A stretch of 64,000 nt of DNA from Antedon mediterranea (taxonomy: Eukaryota > Animalia > Echinodermata). Of this stretch, positions 26,785-38,700 are shown in pieces. The notes under the pieces are model-generated. The model was not told where the DNA came from. It made no database searches and saw only the letters and a program-made list of their open reading frames with translations. Where the stretch lies: positions 4,402,001 to 4,466,000 of the forward strand of contig NC_092673.1 of NCBI RefSeq assembly GCF_964355755.1, in the 5' to 3' direction. A program made the translations under genes and the position numbers. Positions within the stretch are counted from its first letter, which is position 1. The number at the start of each line of letters is the position of its first letter.

Positions 26785-29700
26785 TTAATTGGGAAGAGAG
26801 ATACATGCTTTAACAAGGCGGCCGACGCACACCCCTCCTTGATCATACCCATCAATCAAGTTGAAATTATTGCTTGCCGCGTGAATATCTCCAAAAATCT
26901 CATAAATATCTTCATATAAGATCACAAGAAATTCTAATCCGTCGATGATGAAGTTTTCACAGTTCTGTTCCGTACATTTGATAAGGTCATTTATAAATTT
27001 CTCGAGAGCTTTTGCGATGTCCGTCTCCTCGCACACTGTCAGTGTTTCCTGTACGTCACCCAATGCGTCGCCTAATAATTGAAGTCCTTTGAACACCTAC
27101 GTTAGAGAACATTTACCATCATTAATAATCTAATAAATCTTGCATTGTTTGAATTCTTGGTAATATACGAAAGAAATGACTGATGATTGAAATTGTAACA
27201 ATGTTCATTTCTTATAACAATTTTCACCACCTGCAAATGGCAGGAAGCTAGCCATCATCATCATCATTATGTCAAATTATTTTCTTATTCACAATGGATT
27301 ACAGACACTGTCTAGGTAAAGAACATTAAATTTGTTATATAAGTTCCTGAATATCCAAAAACAAATGAAAGCACTCCGAAACAAAGTGAAGTACTTGCCA
27401 AAATATTGCCACAGAGGGCGCATGTTGATATTTCGGCCCATGGTAAAAGAATACAACTTTTTAATTTTTTAATTTGTGAAGGTATTATTGAACCAATGTT
27501 CTGTATGTATATACATATTTTCTCCGAAAAATTAAGAATTAATTGTAGGCGCTATCATGCTAACAACAACCAAAGCAAGTACTGTACTTTTCTATTTTGC
27601 CATGTAATTATGAGATATTTTATATACAAATTAGATGATGGCATGTGTTTGCTGGGAACATTTTCATTGAACAAATTTTGATCAATCTGGATTTGGAATA
27701 GTGTGGGTTTTTCCTGCATCTGTTTAGTGCATAATTATATATACAGTGTATAAGTAATAAGACCACTATTACCTCTCTATCTTCAAAGGCCTCAAAACAA
27801 GCTTTGAATTTGTCTACAGTTTTCTCACCATCCTTAACACATTTGTCAATATTTTTGTTCTTACTACCTAGGCCATAAAATAGACCTTGATAAACCTGCA
27901 TCCATGGCTTGGCTTTTGACATGTTGTAGAATGACACATCTGTTGAAATAATAAAATATGCTTATACTTAAAATCGATAAATTAAGAAATATTCTATATT
28001 GCTTGACTGATTCTAGTCATCTCATAATAATCTATTTAAGGTGTTACTGTAGATGTTACTGGTCTATCATCTCGCGTACAAATTGGTTTCGTGTCAGCTC
28101 TTATCCAGCTGCCATTCGGGCACTTAATGCTTGTCAGTATACTGTACAAGAGTGATGTTATACTTTGTAATTTATTGTTGTTTTTTAATTATCTGTTTTT
28201 GTATATCTCAGAGCAAACATAATTTCTATGTATATTTTATATGCAAATGACAATAAATTAAAGTAATTTTCCACTGATGAATGAATGGTAGTGAAATATT
28301 AAGTGCATGAACAATTAAAAGAAATCATAATTCTATCAAGATCAATAATGTTATGTGTTCGTTTTCACTTACTAGTGCTAATAACACTCATGTACTCGTG
28401 ATTTACCAAGTATCGGATTTCATAATTTCCATCCGGAAGGAATGAAGAGATGGAAACATTTCCGACTGGAATTCTGTCTTTTATAGGATTTAATCCACCT
28501 TGAATGTATCTAAAAAAATTAATGAATGATAGAAGGAATGAAAATACAAATGAATGAAAAATGATTGGAGTTGTGGCTTGGTGATTATGATATTTGGCTC
28601 CCAATCCAAAGGGTCCTGGGTTCTTGTAATAAGACTTTGTTTATGTAGAGCATGTTTGTCTTGTGACTGGGATTGCCAAATTTAAGAAGGATAGTGAATG
28701 AATTCGCTTATGGTTATCCTTGGCAATTTTCCTAAATAGAAAGAATTAAAAAAATTACCAAATTAGTTACTTCAATAAAATATAGAGGGCACCATTCTGC
28801 CAACAAACCTACCTGTAGTCTACATACTGCTCGTCGTTACTGCCTACAGGATAGACTCCAATCCAGTCTTTATTTGTAACCTCGTCGTTGGGCACACTCC
28901 ATAACACATGATATGGTGTACCAAAAGCAACATTAGATGGCTGAACTGTAATCTTTCTTGATTGCATCACAATAACAATCTATTAAAAAATAAACTTTAT
29001 TAATGGATACAATAATGCTCCATAAAGCTCTGTCTACACTACTTTATGTGATAACAAAATGTGATGTGCCCATATATGGACATGATGATGTCATATCACT
29101 ACCATATTTGGGCATATCACTACCATATTTGGGCACATGCCATTTTTTTTGTCAAACTAGTTTGATAGTGTAGACAGAGCTTAAGTAGTGCAAAATTGGT
29201 TTATTGAGCAGTATAGTATAGTATTACAAGGATAACAAATAGTACTCAATTTAGTTGAATATATAAATCACTTTCATTACCTTGTCTTCATCTCCAAAAC
29301 TATAGGCTTGCCACCATTCTTTTTCGTCGTTTGTGATGAAAGGAATTGATGTCAGACTAACTGCAGAGGAAGATGTTTGGACCTTCTCCCATACACTCCA
29401 TGAAGACCCTCTTTCCAACTGCCAAACATGCCACAAACTGTAGACAAAATGTATTATTGTATAGCAACTTAATTTGAATCTGATGTAGAATACAGTATAC
29501 AGTACATCAGAAGTGGATTCCAGATGAAAATAAAAAATACTAGCACAAAACTCCATTATACAGCTTACATTTTCATTTTTGCTATGGATTTGTAATAGAA
29601 TACCAGTTTAAAGCATATTTCAATCTTCCTAAAATGTTATAATTTAAAAATCTATTTATTTTTATTCTTGATTTGGAAGTTGGACATGATTTTAAGAAAT

Positions 29701-31035
29701 TAAAACTATTAAAAAATTAAATGCTGCACTTATATACCTTCCAGTCGTATCAACCGTAAATATTTCAATGCCGTAGTGAATGTTATGGCCAGTAACCAGC
29801 GGATTAGCAACACCACTATATGGAATCTTGCTGTCCATAGTGTGCCACAATCCCCAAGTACAATAGCCCCACGGGTTTGATATTTTATCACATGTCGTTT
29901 GGAAAACATGGTGTACATAGCCATCATGACTCTTGCCGTACACATCAAGAACGCCGTTAGCCCAGTCATGTGACATAACAGCTGCAACAGGCTTGGATGT
30001 TGACATTTTTGGGGCATCATAACCTATAAAAGAAAAAATATTCAGTATTAGGAAAGTTTGCTTAATAAATAAAAAATTATATTAGTAGAAATTACTACAA
30101 ACAGTTTAGTTATTCCAATTACTATTTTTAATCCATTCAATTCTATAAAATTGTCATCTTTCACTTCATTCATTTGACCAACAAACCATAGGATAAAATA
30201 TACAGAGATGAATTGGTCAGGAACTGCTAAAGTAAATAAGAATACTGAGACACTAAACTAAATTTATAATAAACAAATAATGTATTAGGTGAATATACAA
30301 AAAAAAACAATTATTATATACAAAAAAATTGAATTAATATCTTCTCGTAAACCTACTTGCAGTACGCCATGATGCCCATTCTTCTTCTTTCTTCTGCCAA
30401 GTTCGATGCAAGTAGCCATCTTGCATGACAGCAAACGCTTCAAAATATTCGGTAAATGGATTCAAAATAACTTCTGCGTCTGTTGCTAGATGTGGAGTGT
30501 TGCCGCCGATTAACTGCCAAGTACATGGTTTGCTTGATATTTGACACACGAATAAACTTGAGGTGCTTGTAAGCGATCGAGCAAACACATGAATTTGGTT
30601 GTTCCGTACAAGAGTGATTACTGAATCACTAAATTTTACGGACATCGTTGCATTGTGGTCAAGCTTTTTGCTACCGATTTGTGACCATTTACCAAATTTC
30701 ATTGGATCGGATTTATCTTGTAAAATTGAATAAACTTGGCCATCAGAAGCTTGAACAAAAACTTGGGTTCGGTTATTTACATCATGTGCAGCTACCGGAT
30801 TTGAGACAATTGATTTACCTAGGCTGGGGATACCCAAATTTTCCCACGACCCAAACTCACTTGCTCCCCATGCACGAGTGCATACTTGGAGCTTAGCATC
30901 AACAAGACCAAATGCTTGCTCAAATTCAACTTTTCCAATTTTATTTTCAATTGAAAATAGTTTACGATTAGTGACAATACTATTTACGGCATGTAAAATA
31001 GAAACCACTATCACTAAATGATGTAAGCCTGGCAT
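26785..31035 (-). CDS. Uncharacterised secreted protein, 634 aa: signal peptide + PLL/fucose-lectin-like beta-propeller + SKICH-like domain + Cys-containing helical C-terminal domain
   Basis: Exons 31035-30357, 30023-29738, 29437-29281, 28979-28813, 28509-28373, 27939-27773, 27096-26785. All are GT-AG with phases 1,2,0,2,1,0, totalling 1905 nt. The N-terminus is hydrophobic (MPGLHHLVIVVSILHAVNS). Repeated motifs resemble (E/Q)VF...DG.(L/V)..(T/V)WQ......W..W..LG. KDWIGVYP...GNYEIRYL is SKICH-like. Domain names are by motif resemblance, not by search. Confidence 0.88.
29026..29181. mobile_element. MITE family A
   Basis: TIRs and TAA TSD; lies in intron 3 of the lectin-like gene. Confidence 0.85.
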
Positions 31036-31103
31036 ATTTTCAAACACAAAAAACACGACGACCCGATCAGAAATGAAAACAAAATAAAAATCGACTGGGC
31101 AAT

Positions 31104-31127
31104 GTCATGTGATAAGTCCTCACGTGA
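31104..31127. promoter_or_regulatory. M-box (GTCATGTGA) + E-box/CLEAR-like (TCACGTGA) pair upstream of the lectin-like gene
   Basis: Motifs at 31104-31112 and 31120-31127, 70-90 bp upstream of the ATG at 31035. Confidence 0.4.
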
Positions 31128-32029
31128 TGTTGAATTCTGCCGGTTATACCCAAAATAGAGGGCGCTATGACAATTAAAGTATCTTTGCAGTGAAGTACAA
31201 ACCAACCAGCCATAAATATTAAATCTTACTGTAGTCGAATTCTTATGTATTTTATTGTTTTGAGATGAATAAATGAAATGAACAGTAAGATTGAAAGGAA
31301 CAAATAAATAAACTCCACACAAAACTTACTTGGTTTGAAGCTGATTCTTGAATTTTGTTAAAACCTGATATATTTCCATTTTCTTGAATATAATCCACAT
31401 CCACATATTTTAAAATACAGAACAAATTTTTGAAAAAAAAAACCCATAATGCTGCATACTTTGTCTTCAAATCCGGAACACGAAGAATGACGTAACACAA
31501 ATGTTGTAAAATCTTCAATGTACCTTTTGATGTAAATGTCAAAGACCAGAATTTATGTTCACAGAAGCCACTTTAAAAAATTCTATTCTGCAAATGAACA
31601 TACACATTACAAATGAATATACTAAAATTAGAAATTACTTCAAGATTAATTAACATTTTACAATAAATTTATTATCTATATAAACTATAAAAACAAATAT
31701 GAAGTATTTGTAAAAATAGGCCTAGACATGTAGGCTCTGTATGAGGATATGCTTGCATTTAGTTAGGCCTATCGGGTCCCTAGCAGAGGCCATGCCAAGC
31801 CTGGCTCTAGGCGGTAGGCTTTAGCTAGGGCCTAGGCCTAGTAGGCTCACTCTCTTCTTGTTGGCTTTAGTTAGGTTAGGTTAGGCCTATGTGGGCCACT
31901 ATCTGCCAACCACCCAAATACATTAAAATAACTTTCTGAATAATTCTGTCAAATTGTATTGACAGAAATTATTAAACCTATTACTACTACTGTACTAAAA
32001 TTTAATGTATAATTTAAAGTTTGACCTAC

Positions 32030-32313
32030 CGGCTCTCGTTTAGGCCCTATAGCGGTATCCACTCTCGACGTTGTCGTCTGACTTAATATGCAAATTATTA
32101 GACAACTTATTATACATTTTGATTGGTTAAAACTTCTATCCGTCGTATAAAGTACGCGCGGTAGACTATCGTCAACAGAGGGCAGTATGAAAGAAACGTG
32201 TGTGTCAGAGGTCAAAGTCGACATGTGTTTTTTTTCGCGTGTGTTGTGTTCTTGAATGGTCGTTGATTTTTAGTGTATTTTTTAGGCTTTAAAGTGTTTT
32301 TAATTCGCTTTGA
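32030..32313 (+). promoter_or_regulatory. Probable RRP5 promoter and non-coding first exon
   Basis: CpG-containing island in an AT-rich background, ATTGG box near 32122, donor gtaagt at 32314, and an acceptor at 32715-32716 shortly before the ATG. Confidence 0.45.
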
Positions 32314-32728
32314 GTAAGTTAGAGTTAGTTAGTTTGACAATATTAAAATTCTTAAAATTACATAAATCAATATTTAGTATTTGTTAGCATTCGTTTTTGA
32401 GGACGAGGTATCTTCGCCCAGCCTTGCCACGATTAGGAGATTAGGCTAGTTTGTTGTTTTGGTGTGTTGGTCGGGAAGGATTGATGTCTCGGTAGGTTAT
32501 TCAAGGGTAGTAAAGAGTCATTTCGTCCGTTTATTTGGTAACGATGTATTTGTCCCTAAAACATGAAAAGAAAAGATGAACAAATCGAACTTTGAATATA
32601 AATAATAATACTTTAAGTTTACTATTTTGTGCTAAATTTCGGTTTTATCGAGTACATTTTTTTTGGTGTGAATAACAATTAACAAATACTACATTTAAAT
32701 TTACATAGATTATTAGAAAACGTGGAGC

Positions 32729-35700
32729 ATGGAAGAAGAAAACTTCCCTCGAGGAAAAGTCAAGACAAAGAATATATCTAAGAAAAAATCTTCGGAAAGT
32801 GCAAAAGCTGATCGTAAGCCAGTTGAAACTAAAGATGTCTTGTTTAAGGTGCTGTAACATGTTTTTTAACAAATTTATATATACAGTATTTGGCTTTTAA
32901 TTACCCGAAGTTTTGTAAATACTGCTGCTGCATTAACCCTGCAGAAGAGGCAATTATCATATATAATTATTATATAATAATTTAATGTAGCTACTTGATA
33001 ATTTCTATTTGTTAATTCTAATTTTAAAATATTTTTTATCTCATTTTTTCAGGATGGAAACCTTGGTAAAGAGAAGAAAAAGAAGACGAGAAAAAGAAAA
33101 GCTGACAAGCAAACAGGTGACCCAGAAATAAAGAAGCAGAATAGAGAAGATGAAGAGAATTCAGAACTTTTATCTACCAAAGATATCGTCAAGTATTTGT
33201 CAATTAAGGTAAAAGACCAAAGTATATAGTAGAGAGAGTTCGTTTCATTTATTTTCAATTCTTCAAATGAATTTTAAACAGTTAACTTAACATAAGTATA
33301 AAGTGTATATGGATGGATGGAGGTCACAGTAAGTTCATTGAACTTTAAGTTGTGAACTTCGTTTCAGTGTAATAATAACGTGATACAGAGTAGACTAAAA
33401 TATATGTTAAAAATGAGGGTACATACAAATCAAGTAATTGAGACAGTAAAAGTTGGTATAAGCTAATTATATTGCTAAAGTGATTTTTGCTATTTATTAA
33501 ATTATTAACAATGTATTAGACCAAGGTACTGTAGTTATAACATTATAATTCAACCAATGCAGTTATAACATTATAATTAGACCATGGTTTATAAAAAATT
33601 AATTAATTAAACCTTTTTTTTTATTAGAATCTAACAGAAGAGACATTGTTACTTGGTGTAGTTAGAGAGATACACGACGTACAGATTATTATTAGTCTCC
33701 CGAATAACCTAAAAGGCTACGTGCAGATAACGGATATTAATGACAAGTATACGGAAAGGTTGCGAGAAGAGCAACAGAAAGGTTCAGCTTCGAATAAAGA
33801 TGATAGTGATAACGAGGATGATCAACAAGTAATTTTTTTATTATCCATTACGTTTCTTGTGTATTTTATTTTATATAATTTATTTCTGAATAACCACAGC
33901 ATAAGACAGTAATAGTTATGAAAAGCACAATGTAATTCTAATATAAAAGTTGGAAAAAATGAAATATCAGCAGGAGTATTTACGAAAGTGTGACAAACGC
34001 GAGAAATGAACTTGCTATAACTACAGAGGGTGGTGAAAAATCTTAAGCATTGCCATCTATAGTAAACAATAGGCATGCAAGGTTGCCTCAATGCATATTT
34101 GTTGCCTGTAGTTAGACTAGGGCCTTGAATAAAAATAATAATATACATTATGGAGAAGAGTGAGAAATTGCACCTTCACAATATGCTGAAGGGTGGGTTG
34201 AATTATCGGGAAACTTGCATGCTTTTGGGAGACTTGACAGGTCTGTAATAGACCAATATTGAATTAATTTCTACTGTGAATATTTTAGGAGGTGCCCACA
34301 CTTCATGAGGCCTTCAGTGTTGGTGATGTTGTCATCTGTAAAGTTAAAGAAGTGCGTATGAGAAAAGGTTACACAAGAATTCTGCTAACTCTGAATCCAG
34401 CAGATATCACATCACACCTGGCTGTTGATAATTTAAAGGAAACAATGGTAAGTTTTAAATGTTTTTTCTTCACAGAAAACTGTTCCCTTTGTATGGTTAT
34501 CCAAAAAGACTGCAACAAGTGTTTGGAGATTAAATGTTATCTAGCTTTCAACCATTTTAAAACCTTAAGCTATGTGTACACTATCAAACTAGTTTGTCAA
34601 AAAAAGTGTGATGTGCCCAAATATGGTAGTGATATGCCCAAATATGGTGGTGAAATATCATCATCATGTCCATATATGGGCATATATACAATCCACATAA
34701 ATCACACCTGCTAAATTTAGGAAATGTTAGTACCCATTCTGGGACTATACTTGAGTCATATACAGTAAATAGTACACATATTCATTCAGTTATAATATAC
34801 TTTATTTATTATAGATATTGCCTGGAAGTGTAACCAGCAAAGAGGACCATGGATTCATGATAGACGTGGGCATTGCTGGTGTCACAGTATTTCTACAAAG
34901 CAAAGATGCTAATCAATACATACATAATCAAAATCAAGGTGAACTTATTTGCATAAATTTTACACCTGGTGATAATATAATTTTAATCTATACCTTTATT
35001 TATTCAAATTCATTAGTGAAGGGTGGGACCAACAGGTGGTGGTAAACACCTCTAAAACGGTCTAGTCCCAATTTCACAGTGGTTGTGTATGTGGACTAGT
35101 ATACCGGGGTACTAGTTCTTTAAAGTGCACATGAGCTAGATGTGTACACTAGACCTACGGTTTATAGTCCTTATCCAAGAAGAGATGAGAGATGTTATGG
35201 CTACGTAATTACGGTTCCACTGTCTTAACTGCTCAGCCACTCACAAGTGTAATATAGATATTTTTACTACTTAAATATGTTAGGCAAAAAATTTAAATGC
35301 TTGTGGTTACCTAATTATTTTACTGATTATTTCAATGTTTAATCTTATCAACAGGAAAGACTTTGTTTATTGGTCAATTGCTGCAGTGTGCAATCAAAGA
35401 GGTGAAATCTAATGGCAGGTCATTGTTTGTAACCATTGATCGCAAATCTATAATAAAATTACAAGCTCAGGACACGACTCACACCACTCTACAGAGCTTC
35501 ATGCCTGGTACGCGTGTAGAGGCTTCAATCACGTACGTTGGCCAAAGGTTCCTTGGTGCTCTTGTTCACAGTATGTTCAAATCTTCCATAATGGACTTTC
35601 ATTTGAAGGATTGTTTGCAAAATACAACTGATTACAAGATGTTTGATAAGGTATGTGCTATAATTTAATTCAAAAGCTATCCAGTTTTTTAAATAGAGTG

Positions 35701-38700
35701 CCAGGACACTAAATAATTGAAGCGAATTTAGGTAAACCACACCCTTTATATGGTTGGAAATGGTACTCTCACACATAAAATTCATGATAAATGGCACCTC
35801 CCATTAGTCTAGTTGGCCCAGAAATGACACTCCCATGTATCTAAAATCGGTTTCATTTGGACAATAGGGAGGTTTTGCAACCTAATACGAATACGATAAC
35901 GAAAACGGATACGTCATACATTTGTGAAACTTTTGAGCTGATCCCCATTTCATATTCGTAAAGCGTATTCGTGTTGACGAATATCACCAGTCATATTCGT
36001 AACTACAAAACGAGTATAGTTTTTGATCTATTTTGCACATTTTGCATTTGAATCGGGAATGATTCATGATTATAATATAATTGTAGATTTATTGAAAGTA
36101 ATTTACTAAAGTAATTTACTAAAATGCCAGGTCAATTTAGATAAATAGCAGTTTTTAAAGTCCTCACTCGCTTTGATGTTACGCTAGGCCTAGGCAGCCA
36201 AGCACCAAGCAACACGTACATGCGCTTCGCTCAAATTTACCGCAGTCATATTTTGGACGCGCCTCGATATTTTGTTGCCATGCGAAACAGATTTTTTTAT
36301 GGCTTACGAAAACGAATACGTGTGCGTGACGTATCCGTTTTCGTTATCGTATTCGTAAGATTGCGAAACCTCTCTAATAAAGTATTATCAGTATATATAT
36401 AAAGAGAGGTTTATTTCAGAGATCATCACTAAATTTTAATACATTGAAAGTTTATTGTATTGTGTTCTTTGTTTTGTTTCTTCTCAGCCTGTTAGTGGAG
36501 CTTTTTAAAAATCTCTGTTGTGAATTGAATAAAATAAAAATTTCATTTTGTATTACTGAAGGTATCTGCATGTGTGTTATTCAATTGTCCTGTCACTAAG
36601 ACACTTGGATTGACCCTCAAACCAGAGTATTCGGACCCAGCTACCAAGTTGAAGAAGAGTTTCTTTGGAGGACTAGCAATTGGAGATTTTGTGAACAAAG
36701 CTAAGGTTGAGAGGATTGACCAGAAAATAGGATTAATTGTTGATTTGAAGAAAGATGTTCATGGATTGGTTGTTGTAAGATGTTTTACCTTTCTGTACCT
36801 TTTTATGGTTTATTTATTTATATGTTAAAGCTAAGCTTAAAGCTCTGTCTACACTATCAAACTTTTTGTGACAAAAAAATGTGATGTGCCCATATATGGC
36901 CATGATGATGTCATATCACTACCATATTTGAGCATATCACTACCATATTTGGGCACATAAAACTTTTTTTGTCAAACTAATTTGATGAGTAGGCAGAGCT
37001 TAAGTTGATTTGGTTTAATTTGTTTCACTTGTCCAGCATTATTTATGTACGCGAAATAATATATTTGGTTTTTTTTTACAGACTTCTCATATACAGGTCG
37101 GTGAGAAAGCCATAACCAATCTTGAGGAGAATTTCAAACTAGGTCAGACTGTCAAAGGTCGTATAATCGATTTAAACTTCATTGACAATCTTGCTATTGT
37201 GTCGATGAAATCTGCAATTCTCAGTGAACAGTATTTGGCGTTGAAAGATGTGATTCCTGGTGAAAAAGTTAAAGTGAGTTGTATTTTTCAGCTAAATTGA
37301 CAGTACTTTTGTATCAACAAGTCATTCCCCAATTGATATTCTCTCCAAATCTGCAATCCTCCAAATAGTGACCATGAGTTTTGTTGAGATTAAGTTAAGG
37401 GAGACCTAAAGAATATTGGGGGAGACTATTTTGGTTCGTGCAAAATAAGAAAGCCTCCAGACTTAGACTAACAGACATGACTAAAGAGGAAAAGGTTTTG
37501 TGAGGTTTAGGATAAATAGTGTTGGTGTTTTCGAGTTGGTGTGATAATATAAATATTTCTTTCATTATTTTATGATATAACATTTATGATATAACATTTA
37601 TTTATTTTCTTTTCTTTGTAGGGTACCATTACTGCGATACAAGACAATGGTTTACGAGTCAGGATTAGCTCTCACATTCATGGATTCGTACCCAGAGTTC
37701 ACCTGGCTGATGTTCCCATCAAAAACCCCAACAAGATATTCAGCGAAAGTGACAAGATTTCGCTTAGAGTATGAAATTAATTTTTTTATTTTGAATTATT
37801 CTGAACTTTTTATTTATCTATTTATTTATGACGATATAAAATTACAAAATAAAATTTAATTTATAAAATTACATGACAATATGAAAAATATCTTATCTGG
37901 TTTAACTCTGTCCACACTATTAAACTATTTTGACAAGTGTGATGTGCTGAAATTCAATATTAATTTTTTCTTTATGTTTTTATGTATATTAAATATATAT
38001 TTATTTTAGGTGATTGAAGTCGTTTCGCAACAAAATCGCCTTATACTCACACACAAGAAGACATTGGTAAAATCAAAATTACCTATCGTTTGTGATTTTA
38101 GCCATTTTGAGGAAGGCATGTACGTACATGGTACAATTGTTAACATACAGAAATTTGGCTGTATCGTGATGTTCTGTAACGAAGTTAAAGGTATACTGAA
38201 GTTTGTATTGTGTTTAACTGATCGCAAAATTGTTACGTCTGGTTTTCATACAAATGAGTTTCTTGAGAATGGATGTTATGGAAACGCTCCCTTGATCTCC
38301 ATTGGTTGAATTAAAAAAGCAGGTCTGATCGGTTTTTCAAACCTTGAGGGGGAGTGAATTTGCCTTTTTGCTGAAAAGCCCTTTTCACACTAGAGACTAT
38401 CACTTAAAGTGATGGTAAATAGGCCTAACTTTGTAGCCTAGCTCATAACTATGATTTTTCCCATTCGGGAGGAAAAAGATAATATATATACTGTATGCAA
38501 ATGATATCCGTTTCATTCTTATATTTTGTATAAAGTCATGACGCCTTTTATTCACTATTTTGTTTTGTCTCTGTTCAATGTGTAATATGCAAATTAAGTA
38601 TGATTTTTCTTTTGCCTGTTGATGTACGAGGCGTGAATTAATTACAATGTCTTAACACTGTATTCATCAATACGCATATATTAACACAGTCTTGCCCTTC

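Noticed and set aside
35533-35538. GTACGT as the donor of RRP5 exon 6
   Set aside because: The frame stays open with S1-like sequence to the donor at 35651, which gives the correct phase for the next exon.
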